From an uncultured Clostridia bacterium (GTDB lineage: Bacteria; Bacillota; Clostridia; Christensenellales; Borkfalkiaceae), in the NCBI GenBank assembly GCA_947625025.1, contig CANQMQ010000007.1, positions 14,117 to 78,116 on the forward strand: DNA of 64,000 bases. The letters are read 5' to 3'. The notes beneath the pieces are model-generated. The model worked only from the letters and a program-made list of their open reading frames with translations, made no database searches and was not told the origin of the DNA. Positions 40,045 to 48,250 of the stretch are shown one piece after another; position 1 is the stretch's first letter; each line of letters opens with the position of its first letter. A program made the translations under genes and the position numbers.

Positions 40045-41046
40045 TTACTTATTCATCCCTTCCTGCACGGCTACAGCAACGGCAACGGTAGCGCCGACCA
40101 TGGGGTTGTTGCCCATGCCGATGAGCCCCATCATCTCGACGTGTGCGGGCACGGAGGAGGAACCCGCGAACTGTGCATCGGAGTGCATTCTGCCCATCGT
40201 ATCCGTCATACCGTAGGAAGAAGGGCCTGCCGCCATGTTGTCGGGGTGCAGCGTTCTGCCCGTGCCGCCGCCCGATGCCACGGAGAAGTACTTCACGCCG
40301 TTCTCGTTGCACCACTTCTTGTAGGTGCCGGCAACGGGATGCTGGAAGCGGGTGGGGTTGGTGGAGTTGCCCGTGATGGAGACGCCCACCTTCTCGAGCT
40401 TCATGATGGCAACGCCTTCGGGAACGTTGTCCGCACCGTAGCAGTTGACCTTGGCACGGGGGCCATCCGAATAGGAGATGCGCTTAGTGACTTCCACCGT
40501 CTCGGTGTAGGGATCGAACACCGTCTCGCAATAGGTGAAGCCGTTGATACGGGAAATGATCATCGCCGCATCCTTGCCGAGGCCGTTGAGAATGACGCGG
40601 AGCGGGTTCTTGCGGACCTTGTTGGCATTCATGGCGATGGAGATGGCGCCCTCTGCCGCCGCAAAGCTCTCATGCCCTGCGAGGAAGCAGAAGCATTCGG
40701 TCTCTTCGGAGAGGAGCATCATGCCGAGGTTGCCGTGACCGCGGCCGACCTGCCTGTTTTCCGCAACCGAGCCGGGGATACAGAATGCCTGAAGCCCGAT
40801 GCCGATCGCTTCCGCGGCGTCTGCCGCACGGGTGCAACCCTTCTTGATGGCGATCGCCGCACCTACCGTATACGCCCAGACTGCGTTTTCAAAGCAAATG
40901 GGCTGGGTGCCGCGCACAAGTTTATCGCAGTCTACGCCCTTTGCAAGCGTGATCTCTCTGCATTCCTCTACGGAGGAAATGCCGTATTCCTTCAAGACTG
41001 CGTTGATCTTTTGGATCCTTCTTTCATATCCTTCAAACAGAGCCAT
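40045..41046 (-). CDS. GGGtGRT-family protein (function unknown)
   Basis: 333 aa containing the family signature ...VASGGGTGRTLHPDNMAAGPSSYGMTDTMGRMH.... Confidence 0.75.
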   Translation of the reverse strand: MALFEGYERRIQKINAVLKEYGISSVEECREITLAKGVDCDKLVRGTQPICFENAVWAYTVGAAIAIKKGCTRAADAAEAIGIGLQAFCIPGSVAENRQVGRGHGNLGMMLLSEETECFCFLAGHESFAAAEGAISIAMNANKVRKNPLRVILNGLGKDAAMIISRINGFTYCETVFDPYTETVEVTKRISYSDGPRAKVNCYGADNVPEGVAIMKLEKVGVSITGNSTNPTRFQHPVAGTYKKWCNENGVKYFSVASGGGTGRTLHPDNMAAGPSSYGMTDTMGRMHSDAQFAGSSSVPAHVEMMGLIGMGNNPMVGATVAVAVAVQEGMNK

Positions 41047-41057
41047 ATCGTACCTCC

Positions 41058-41759
41058 TTATTCCTTACGGGGGTCGATGTACTTCACCGCACCCTGTTCT
41101 TCCGAGAATCTGCCGTAGTGGCCGAGCGCCTTCTCCCATGCCTCGTTGGGGGTGAGCCCCTTCTTGACGAAATCGGTCATTTTGCCGAGGGAGACGAATT
41201 CGTAACCAATTACCTGGCTATCCTTATCGAGGGCGAGGCGGGTGACATACCCCTCCGCCATCTCGAGATAGCGCACGCCTTTGGCGGCGGTGCCGTACAT
41301 GGTGCCCACCTGCGAGCGGAGCCCCTTGCCGAGGTCCTCAAGGCCTGCACCTACCACGAGCCCGTCGTCCGAGAAGGCGGATTGCGTTCTTCCGTATACG
41401 ATCTGAAGGAAGAGTTCGCGCATCGCGGTGTTGATCGCATCGCAGACGAGGTCGGTGTTGAGCGCTTCGAGAATGGTCTTGTGGGGAAGAATTTCCGCCG
41501 CCATCGCCGCAGAATGGGTCATGCCCGAGCAGCCGATGGTCTCAACGAGCGCTTCCTGAATGACGCCGCCCTTGACGTTGAGGGTGAGCTTGCAGGCGCC
41601 CTGTTGGGGAGCGCACCAGCCCACGCCGTGGGTAAAGCCGCTGATGTCCGTGATCTGCTTTGCGCACACCCATTTCCCCTCTTCGGGAATGGGGGCGGGG
41701 TCGTGTCTCGGACCCTTCGCAACGCAAATCATCTCTTCCACTTCGCGTGAATATTGCAT
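41058..41759 (-). CDS. NifU/IscU-like scaffold-domain protein with extra C-terminal domain
   Basis: 233 aa. GWCAPQQGACKLTL, TIGCSGMTHSAAMAAE and LVCDAI resemble the three-Cys IscU layout. 11-nt gap to the GGGtGRT gene. Confidence 0.65.
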   Translation of the reverse strand: MQYSREVEEMICVAKGPRHDPAPIPEEGKWVCAKQITDISGFTHGVGWCAPQQGACKLTLNVKGGVIQEALVETIGCSGMTHSAAMAAEILPHKTILEALNTDLVCDAINTAMRELFLQIVYGRTQSAFSDDGLVVGAGLEDLGKGLRSQVGTMYGTAAKGVRYLEMAEGYVTRLALDKDSQVIGYEFVSLGKMTDFVKKGLTPNEAWEKALGHYGRFSEEQGAVKYIDPRKE

Positions 41760-41811
41760 TTTGATTCCTCCATGTTTTCCCTTCCCGCTCCGCGGGAGTT
41801 CTTTCCCCGTT

Positions 41812-41840
41812 ATTTTATCATATCTTTTTGCAAATTACAA
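41812..41840 (-). promoter_or_regulatory. candidate promoter of the NifU-like/GGGtGRT pair
   Basis: Minus strand reads TTGTAA-17 nt-TAAAAT (weaker hexamers). Confidence 0.4.
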
Positions 41841-41894
41841 GGGATTGACGAAAAAAATCCCGTCCCCGCTTCATATTTTCGGAATACGGCATAC

Positions 41895-42009
41895 CACATT
41901 ATAATAAGGTGATACATTCGACTTCGGCACTTCGTGCCTACGCTACTTCGCCCTACGGGCTCGTATCGCCGTAGTGGTTGCAGAATCGAGAGCGGCGAAC
42001 AGTATGACA
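41895..42009. repeat. modular palindromic repeat locus R4
   Basis: GTGATACATTCGACTTCGGCACTTCGTGCCT (inverse S2), then S4 (CTACTTCGCCCTACGGGCTCGT...GCAGAATCGAGAGCGGCG), then ACAGTATGACA. Confidence 0.85.
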
Positions 42010-42014
42010 ATTTA

Positions 42015-42047
42015 GGAAAAGGCACCCGTGCGGAGCACGGATGCCTT
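42015..42047 (-). terminator. intrinsic terminator
   Basis: Minus strand reads AAGGCATCCGTG-CTCCG-CACGGGTGCCTT followed by TTCC. Confidence 0.7.
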
Positions 42048-42067
42048 AGACTTTGTATACAATAATA

Positions 42068-42997
42068 TTACTCTGCAGTGTTGCCGCTTGCGGGAGGCGT
42101 ACCCTTCTTGAATTCGAACATATCCGCATCCCCCGCACCGGTAAGGGCAAGGATGCCGTATTCCGTCTTTACAAAAACGTACTGCACCGCTCCTTCCGCC
42201 ATGGCGACCGCATAGGCGCCCGTATAGAGGAGGGTGAATTCGCCCGTCATGCCGCCGCTGAGCGTCGCGGCCTTGCCGCTGATGTGGAGCGTATCGGTCG
42301 TCGTTCCTTCTTCCTGCATCCAATAGTCGCCGTCGATGTTGACATTTTCGGGCAGGGGCTGATACGTCATGGGATATCGATCTCCGCCTGCCTGTGACGG
42401 GGTGACGAACGTGAGCGTCTTATCCGTTTCGCTCCATATGAGTTTGACGCCGTTGAAATCATAGGTACCGGGTGTATTCGCGTCTTCCACTGCAACAGCA
42501 CAATCTCCCATTTGCAGAGGTTTCGCGGAGGGATTCGTTTCACCCGGCTTCATGGTTCCCACCATTGTTACCAAAATACCCGTATCGCCCGTATCCTCGG
42601 TGATGGTGAGCTCATACGTAACTGTGCCGGGTTGGTTTGCGCTGCCGATTTCTACGTCACACGTCCATACACCGTAGAGCTGAGGCTGAACTTCCCACTG
42701 CGCCTTCAACGTGACGTTCTTCGCGGGCATTTTGAAAGTGGCGCCTGCGGCGATGTCGGTTGTGCCGTCGTTCCACTTCGTGAAGGCATACCCTGTGCGG
42801 GTGAAGGTGGTGGCGGGCTTTACGGTGACCGTTGCCCCCTCCTCGTAACTTTCGACTGCGGGAGCGGTCCCCGTGCCGCCGTTGGCTTCGTAGGTGACCG
42901 TGTACTTGACGGGTTCCTCGTCGCCGCCGCATGCCGCGAGGGCGCAGAGCGAGACTGCCATGAGCGCCGCCAATACGGCGCTGATGAATTTCTTCAT
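42068..42997 (-). CDS. 309-aa lipoprotein with InlB B-repeat module
   Basis: Lipobox CALAAC. YTVTYEANGGTGTAP...GYAFTKWNDG...VTLKAQWE. GGAGG RBS at MKKFISA (42997). Confidence 0.8.
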   Translation of the reverse strand: MKKFISAVLAALMAVSLCALAACGGDEEPVKYTVTYEANGGTGTAPAVESYEEGATVTVKPATTFTRTGYAFTKWNDGTTDIAAGATFKMPAKNVTLKAQWEVQPQLYGVWTCDVEIGSANQPGTVTYELTITEDTGDTGILVTMVGTMKPGETNPSAKPLQMGDCAVAVEDANTPGTYDFNGVKLIWSETDKTLTFVTPSQAGGDRYPMTYQPLPENVNIDGDYWMQEEGTTTDTLHISGKAATLSGGMTGEFTLLYTGAYAVAMAEGAVQYVFVKTEYGILALTGAGDADMFEFKKGTPPASGNTAE

Positions 42998-43040
42998 ACT
43001 ATCCTCCAAACTGTGATTTTGGCCTTTAGGCCTGACTTCT

Positions 43041-43067
43041 ATTATATCACCCCCCCCCGTTTGTCAA
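43041..43067 (-). promoter_or_regulatory. promoter whose spacer consists mostly of a G9 tract
   Basis: Minus strand reads TTGACA-AAC-G9-TGA-TATAAT, a 15-nt spacer with an extended -10 TGn. C9 at 43050..43058 is confirmed by the track translation (ITPPR = atc acc ccc ccc cgt). Confidence 0.55.
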
Positions 43068-43125
43068 GCACTTTAACCATGTTTTTGGAAATTTTCGGAA
43101 AATTTTTTTGGAATAAAAAAATCGC

Positions 43126-43268
43126 CCCCTCCTCTCACTACGTTACTTCGCCCTGCGGGCTCGTGTCACGCTTAGAAGTAACAGAAGCCTCGCGTGTGCG
43201 GGATGAGGGGATGGGGCGGGTCATGATGAGAAGGGAGCTGTCATTTCGAGCTTGCCGAGAAATCTCAT
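43126..43268. repeat. modular palindromic repeat locus R5
   Basis: S4 variant (GTTACTTCGCCCTGCGGGCTCGTGTCACGCTTAGAAGTAAC...), G-rich S5, and a short S1 (GTCATTTCGAGCTTGCCGAGAAATCTC). Abuts the yhbY stop codon. Confidence 0.85.
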
Positions 43269-43562
43269 TCAGAATACCAAATGCTCGAAGTCCTTGCGGG
43301 AGGAGCGGCGGTAGAGGATGGCCTTGCGGCCGATGACGGCGACGAGCTCTGCATGGAGCAGATCGGCGAGGTTCGCGGCGAGGTTTTCCGCATCCTCGCC
43401 CGAGGCGGGAAGCAGGGTGAGCTTGATGAGCTCATGCGCTTCGAGCGCTTCCGAGAGCCCCACAATGAGGTTTTCGCTGAGCCCTTCCTTGCCCACCTGC
43501 CCGATGGGCTTCATGGTAGCCGCCATCGATCTCAAATTTGCGCGTTGCTTGCTTGTAAACAT
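43269..43562 (-). CDS. yhbY: YhbY-like CRM-domain RNA-binding protein
   Basis: MFTSKQRANLRSMAATMKPIGQVGKEGLSENL...HELIKLTLL. Start at 43562 (AAGGAAGG RBS), 17 nt after obg. Confidence 0.8.
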   Translation of the reverse strand: MFTSKQRANLRSMAATMKPIGQVGKEGLSENLIVGLSEALEAHELIKLTLLPASGEDAENLAANLADLLHAELVAVIGRKAILYRRSSRKDFEHLVF

Positions 43563-43578
43563 ATTATATTCCCTTCCT

Positions 43579-44850
43579 TTATACATATTCAAATTCCACT
43601 TCGCCGACGACAACGGTATCGCCCGCACGGCACCCAAGTTTTTCGAGCTCCTTGAATACCCCCCGAAGCTTTAAGACGCGTTGGAAGTAATTCATGCTCT
43701 CGGGGTTGTTTAAGACGACGTTGCGGCATAGCATGTCCACGAGTCCCCCCACGACAACGTATGCCCCCACCTCATCTCGGAAGATCTCAAACTGCGTGTT
43801 GTCCGCCTCTTCGAAGGCGAATTCGTCCGCGGGGATCCGCTCTGCGGGAGGGAGAGTTTGGAGCTTTTCGGCAAGCGCTTTCACAAGTTCCTCCGTCCCC
43901 TTGCCTTGGATGGCGCTGAGTTCGAAGATGGGGTACTTCTTCCCATACTTCTTCCTGAACTTCTTGAGGTTCTCCTCGGCCCCGTAGATATCGCACTTAT
44001 TGAGCGCGACCACCTGCGGCAGGGCGGCGAGCTTCTCCGAATAGGAGGCGAGTTCCTCATTGATGATGCGGAAATCCTCGAGCGGGTCCCTGCCCTCTAC
44101 GCCCGAGATGTCTACGACATGGCAGATCATACGGGTCCGCTCGATATGGCGGAGGAAATCGTGCCCGAGCCCCGCCCCCTCCGAGGCCCCCTCGATGAGC
44201 CCGGGGATATCGGCGGCGATGAAGGTTTCATCATAGTACCGCACGACGCCGAGGTTGGGAGAGAGGGTGGTGAAGTGGTAATCGGCGATCTTGGGCTTGG
44301 CGGCAGAGACCTTGGAAAGCAGGGTGCTCTTGCCCACATTGGGGAAGCCCACGAGCCCCACATCCGCAATCACCTTCATTTCGAGAATGACGGTGTGCGG
44401 CTGCGTCTTGACCCCCTTCTGTGCGAAATCGGGGGCATGTCTGCGGGCAGTGGTGAAGCGTACGTTCCCCTTTCCGCCCCTGCCTCCCGTAAGAATTTTT
44501 ACGGTTTCGCCGTCCTCGTAGACGTCTGCGATGATTTTACCCGTATCCATGTCGCGGATGAGGGTGCCGCAGGGGACCTTGATTACCATGTCGTCCCCCC
44601 GTTTTCCGGAGCACAGGTTGGAGCCGCCCCGCCCCCCGTCCCCCGCCAAATACTTCGCCGTATAGCGGAAGGAGAGCAGATCGTGCATATTCTTATCGGC
44701 GACGAAGCAGACGTCTCCGCCGTCTCCCCCGTCCCCGCCATCGGGGCCGCAGGCGGGCTTGCCCTTGTAGGCCTTGAAGGAGTTCATGCCGTCTCCCCCG
44801 TCCCCCGCCTTGATTGTAATCCTGACCTTATCGGTAAATCCGTTCTTCAT
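43579..44850 (-). CDS. obg: GTPase Obg/CgtA
   Basis: Gly-rich Obg fold (KAGDGGDGMNSF...GPDGGDGGDGGDV), G1 GFPNVGKST, G3 DIPGLIEGA, G4 NKCD, C-terminal OCT domain. Confidence 0.95.
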   Translation of the reverse strand: MKNGFTDKVRITIKAGDGGDGMNSFKAYKGKPACGPDGGDGGDGGDVCFVADKNMHDLLSFRYTAKYLAGDGGRGGSNLCSGKRGDDMVIKVPCGTLIRDMDTGKIIADVYEDGETVKILTGGRGGKGNVRFTTARRHAPDFAQKGVKTQPHTVILEMKVIADVGLVGFPNVGKSTLLSKVSAAKPKIADYHFTTLSPNLGVVRYYDETFIAADIPGLIEGASEGAGLGHDFLRHIERTRMICHVVDISGVEGRDPLEDFRIINEELASYSEKLAALPQVVALNKCDIYGAEENLKKFRKKYGKKYPIFELSAIQGKGTEELVKALAEKLQTLPPAERIPADEFAFEEADNTQFEIFRDEVGAYVVVGGLVDMLCRNVVLNNPESMNYFQRVLKLRGVFKELEKLGCRAGDTVVVGEVEFEYV

Positions 44851-44856
44851 GCCTTG

Positions 44857-44885
44857 AGTATACCAAATTTTCTTCGACTTTGCAA
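44857..44885 (-). promoter_or_regulatory. sigma-70-type promoter ending 6 nt before the obg ATG
   Basis: Minus strand reads TTGCAA-17 nt-TATACT-CAAGGC-ATG. Confidence 0.5.
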
Positions 44886-44944
44886 GGGATTTTTACGGCC
44901 GTTTAGGAATGTCCCCTCCGCTCTTCCCGTGCTCTCCGTGCGGC

Positions 44945-44985
44945 GCATACGGCAAAGGCCGCCCGAAAAGGGCGGCCCGTATGCA
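44945..44985 (-). terminator. GC-rich hairpin downstream of the SGNH lipoprotein gene
   Basis: GCATACGG.CCGCCC-loop-GGGCGGCC....CCGTATGC with only a weak U tract. Confidence 0.45.
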
Positions 44986-45033
44986 CAAAGAGGAAACCTG
45001 ATCCGTCTTAAGGGGGGAAGGCGGGGACGGGTT

Positions 45034-46002
45034 TCAACTATTTGTCTGTTGGGAAATCTCCTTGTATTCGTTACGGTACTCATCCTTGACAAGGGACTCA
45101 CCGTATACGGCGTCGTGGGCGGCCTGCTGCAGGATCTTTGCCTGCTCAGCCGTTACCGCGGACGGCATATAAGTTACGCCGATGGGCGACTTGCCGAAGA
45201 TGGTAGCATAGTGACAGAGGGCGGCAAGATACGTTCCCGCCATGGACGGGTGGTACTTATCGGGGGAGTAGAGCTCAATTTCGGGATGCTCCCCGTGGAC
45301 GATGTAGAATGCGGCCCCCGCAGGGGAAACGGGAATGGAGAGCTTTTCGCCGAAGGCCTCATAGATCGCCGCCATCCTCTGGAAGTGCTCTTCATATTCA
45401 AGGTTGTTCGCCGCCAACTCGGGGCAATCCTCCCTGTAGGCCCACGTCATGTAGAGGACGGGGTGCGCATCCGATTCGGTGACGAGTTTCTTCAGGGCAA
45501 CGGCCGAATTATAGAAGGAATGCCAATCGAGGGCGGGGGCGAGGCACTTATCCTGCATAAAGACAAAGTCGTAACTCTTCGTGGCAAGCTTTTCGGCTAC
45601 GGCCTGGCCGTAAATCGTGGAAGTATCCAAGAATACATCGAGCGGGGAGGTCGCTTTGGTCACCTGATCAACGGCAACGTTTGTGTACCCCTCTCCCCTT
45701 GCCACATTCTTGAACTGCGTCCAGAGCTCATTGACAAAGGTGAAACTGTTGCCCAAGAAGAGGAAAGAGTAGCTCTTATTTGTGGGCATCTCTACGCCGA
45801 GCGCGCCGAGGTAACCGTCGCGGTAGCTATCCCCGCAACTGCAGGAGTGCTCTACACAGCCCTGTACTCCCTTTGCAGGGGCGATAACGGTAGTTTTATC
45901 GTAATTATGCTCATGCGGCTCCTCTCCGCCGCCCCCGCCTCCGCAACCGCAGAGGGCGAGGCAACACGCGAGCGCGATTCCCATCACCAATTTCCCTTTC
46001 AT
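45034..46002 (-). CDS. SGNH/GDSL-type hydrolase-like lipoprotein (DUF4886-like)
   Basis: Lipobox LALCGC. One degenerate Cys-triad unit (HNYD...CVEHSCSCGDSY). FLFLGNSFT block I and a later DKYHPS. Confidence 0.6.
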   Translation of the reverse strand: MKGKLVMGIALACCLALCGCGGGGGGEEPHEHNYDKTTVIAPAKGVQGCVEHSCSCGDSYRDGYLGALGVEMPTNKSYSFLFLGNSFTFVNELWTQFKNVARGEGYTNVAVDQVTKATSPLDVFLDTSTIYGQAVAEKLATKSYDFVFMQDKCLAPALDWHSFYNSAVALKKLVTESDAHPVLYMTWAYREDCPELAANNLEYEEHFQRMAAIYEAFGEKLSIPVSPAGAAFYIVHGEHPEIELYSPDKYHPSMAGTYLAALCHYATIFGKSPIGVTYMPSAVTAEQAKILQQAAHDAVYGESLVKDEYRNEYKEISQQTNS

Positions 46003-46035
46003 GACATTCTCCTGAAAATTTTTTTCGGCTCAAAT

Positions 46036-46057
46036 TTTACCGAACCGTTTCGGTAAA
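46036..46057. promoter_or_regulatory. perfect 9-4-9 inverted repeat at the transcription start region (candidate operator)
   Basis: Minus strand reads TTTACCGAA-ACGG-TTCGGTAAA, 3 nt downstream of the -10 hexamer. Confidence 0.45.
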
Positions 46058-46060
46058 CCG

Positions 46061-46089
46061 ATTATAACATACTTTTTCGGAAATTGCAA
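46061..46089 (-). promoter_or_regulatory. sigma-70-type promoter of the SGNH lipoprotein gene
   Basis: Minus strand reads TTGCAA-17 nt-TATAAT. Confidence 0.65.
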
Positions 46090-46192
46090 CTGTTTTTACA
46101 AAAAAAGTTTTTTATTTTTTGTGAAATGAAAAATCTTCACAATCACATGCCGCACGGGTCCCCATAACCTGTGCCTCTTTCTAAATAGTAAA

Positions 46193-46430
46193 GAGATACT
46201 TCAACTCCGCTTCCTCTCACCCCCTGCGGGGGTTACTTCGCCCTGCGGGCTCGTGTCACGCTTAGAAGTAACAGAAGCCTCGCGTGTTCGGGATGAGGTT
46301 CGGGGCGGGATGAGATGAGGAGCGGGGTGAGGTTCGGGATGAGGGAGGAGGACGGTGCTTCGCCGCGGGGCGCAAGGAATTCTCTCTCCTCCTCATCCCG
46401 AACACAGTGAGGGGACGGATGAGGGGTGGG
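46193..46430. repeat. modular palindromic repeat locus R6
   Basis: Partial S2, a 67-nt S4 copy (46232..46298), then a G-rich S5 array with hairpin CGGGATGAGGGAGGAGGA...TCTCCTCCTCATCCCG. Confidence 0.85.
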
Positions 46431-46431
46431 C

Positions 46432-46464
46432 AAAAAATAAGGGCGCCTCGACTTGAGGCGCCCG
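46432..46464 (-). terminator. intrinsic terminator
   Basis: Minus strand reads GGGCGCCTC-AAGTC-GAGGCGCCC followed by TTATTTTTT. Confidence 0.8.
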
Positions 46465-46552
46465 CTTTGAGTATCCCAAATTGTTGCATCACAATTAAAT
46501 TTTTCACATAGTTCGTAACAGGTAAACAGGATACACCGATGCCGTTTGATCC

Positions 46553-47536
46553 TTATCCCAAGCGGGAGACGGGGATGGAATAGATATCGGTGAGGCGGGT
46601 GCGGACGAAGTAGCGGTACTTTTTGGACATCGATTCGAAGAGCACCACAAGGTCCTCCCCGTTCAGGCAAATTTCCTCGCTCATGCAGGGCAGGGTGAGG
46701 GTATGTTTGAGGCGCTTGGGCGTAAGATCGTACCGCGGAACCTTCTCGCCGTTTACGGTAGCTTCCCTATCCGCCTTGCCTTCGAGGGGGTTCTCATAGG
46801 TATACAGTTTGGAATCGGGCAGCCCATAGGAACAGGAGAGATAAATTTTCTCCTTCGTTACCGTAATTCCCTGCACTTCACGGCGAATGGAGAGCACTTT
46901 GGTTGGTACCATGTCCGCAACGCCCCCTTCGGAATCCTCTTCGATGGGGTAGACGTAGACGAAGGCATAGTTGGTTTCCCCGCCCACATCGAGGTGGTGG
47001 CTCGCATCCGTCTCATAGTTGCCCGGGCGGTAGAATTCGCCCGCATAGAGGTAGCCATCCGCCGCATAGCAGAAGGCGACGCTCCGAAGGTCGGTCTTGA
47101 TGCTATCGACAACTTCCACCGAACCCCCGTCCTTTGCGGCATACACATCTTGGAGCTTTGCGCGGATCACCTGCTTGCCGCTCGCGATAAGGAGATAATT
47201 TTGGGTACACGCGACCCCGCCGAAGTGGGTGGTTATGGCCTTGCCGCCCTCGGTGAAGGTGACATACTTCTCCTTCTGCCCCACAAGGTACACCCGCGAG
47301 GGGCCCGAAAGGTAGCCGCTGACGGCGTAGGTATATCCCCCATCGTTTTGGGGAAGGGTGCAAATGCCCTGCGGGGAGAGCCCGCTCTCGAGGCCGGGGA
47401 CCTCGGCGACCTTTTTGGAGACCGCCGAAAAATCGGGATGCCGTGCCCCGAACCACCAGAAGGCGAGGAAGGCATCGAGGATGGCCACGAAGGCGGCCAC
47501 AATGGAGAGGGCGATGATCGCTTTACGGTATTTCAT
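46553..47536 (-). CDS. 327-aa N-terminally anchored protein, function unknown
   Basis: MKYRKAIIALSIVAAFVAILDAFLAFWWF anchor. The extracytoplasmic part is beta-rich. No family recognised. Confidence 0.6.
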   Translation of the reverse strand: MKYRKAIIALSIVAAFVAILDAFLAFWWFGARHPDFSAVSKKVAEVPGLESGLSPQGICTLPQNDGGYTYAVSGYLSGPSRVYLVGQKEKYVTFTEGGKAITTHFGGVACTQNYLLIASGKQVIRAKLQDVYAAKDGGSVEVVDSIKTDLRSVAFCYAADGYLYAGEFYRPGNYETDASHHLDVGGETNYAFVYVYPIEEDSEGGVADMVPTKVLSIRREVQGITVTKEKIYLSCSYGLPDSKLYTYENPLEGKADREATVNGEKVPRYDLTPKRLKHTLTLPCMSEEICLNGEDLVVLFESMSKKYRYFVRTRLTDIYSIPVSRLG

Positions 47537-47653
47537 AAATAACCTCACTTCCTTTTCATTATATCATGGGAATGCGGATGTGTCAAGGGATAAATTTTCC
47601 TGTATAGAATCCCGTCGTCCCGCCCACAATGATAGCGTAAGGGAGGAACTGCA

Positions 47654-48250
47654 ATGGAATTCACCAAGACGCAGACGTTTCATAATCTCGCAAGAGGATT
47701 TGCGGGGGAATGTCAGGCGGGAATGCGTTACCAGCTGACTGCGAAGGAGGCGATGAAGCAGGGCTACGAGGTTTTGGCGGATACCATTCGCACGATTGCC
47801 AAGAATGAGACCAATCATGCGAAGGTATTTTTCGAAGCCATTTTGCAGAATGCGGGAAGCACAGACGATATCCGTATCGATGCAAGCTTTCCCTTTCATG
47901 CGGGTACGATAGAGGAAAATCTTCATTTCGCCGCAATCGACGAACAGGATGAAGCCGAAAATCTCTATCCGCAATTTGCAAAGATCGCACGGGATGAGGG
48001 GTTTGGGCAACTTGCGCTCAAATTCGAACAGGTGGCGAAGGTGGAGGCCAATCATCGGATCATCTTCAACTATCTCTATGAGGCGTTCAAGGACGGCTCC
48101 CTCTACTCGGCAGTGCGTCCGATGCTGTGGATCTGCAGTGAGTGCGGCTACATGCACACTTCAAAGGAGGCCTGGAAGATTTGCCCGCTGTGCGGGGCAT
48201 CTCAGGGTGAAGTGGAATTGCACCTTCCCTTCAAAAAGGAGAATCTATGA
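47654..48250 (+). CDS. rbr: rubrerythrin
   Basis: Ferritin-like diiron motifs (GECQAGMRY, ETNHAKVF, DEAENLYPQF, EANH) plus a C-terminal rubredoxin CSECG...CPLCG. Confidence 0.9.
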   Translation: MEFTKTQTFHNLARGFAGECQAGMRYQLTAKEAMKQGYEVLADTIRTIAKNETNHAKVFFEAILQNAGSTDDIRIDASFPFHAGTIEENLHFAAIDEQDEAENLYPQFAKIARDEGFGQLALKFEQVAKVEANHRIIFNYLYEAFKDGSLYSAVRPMLWICSECGYMHTSKEAWKICPLCGASQGEVELHLPFKKENL

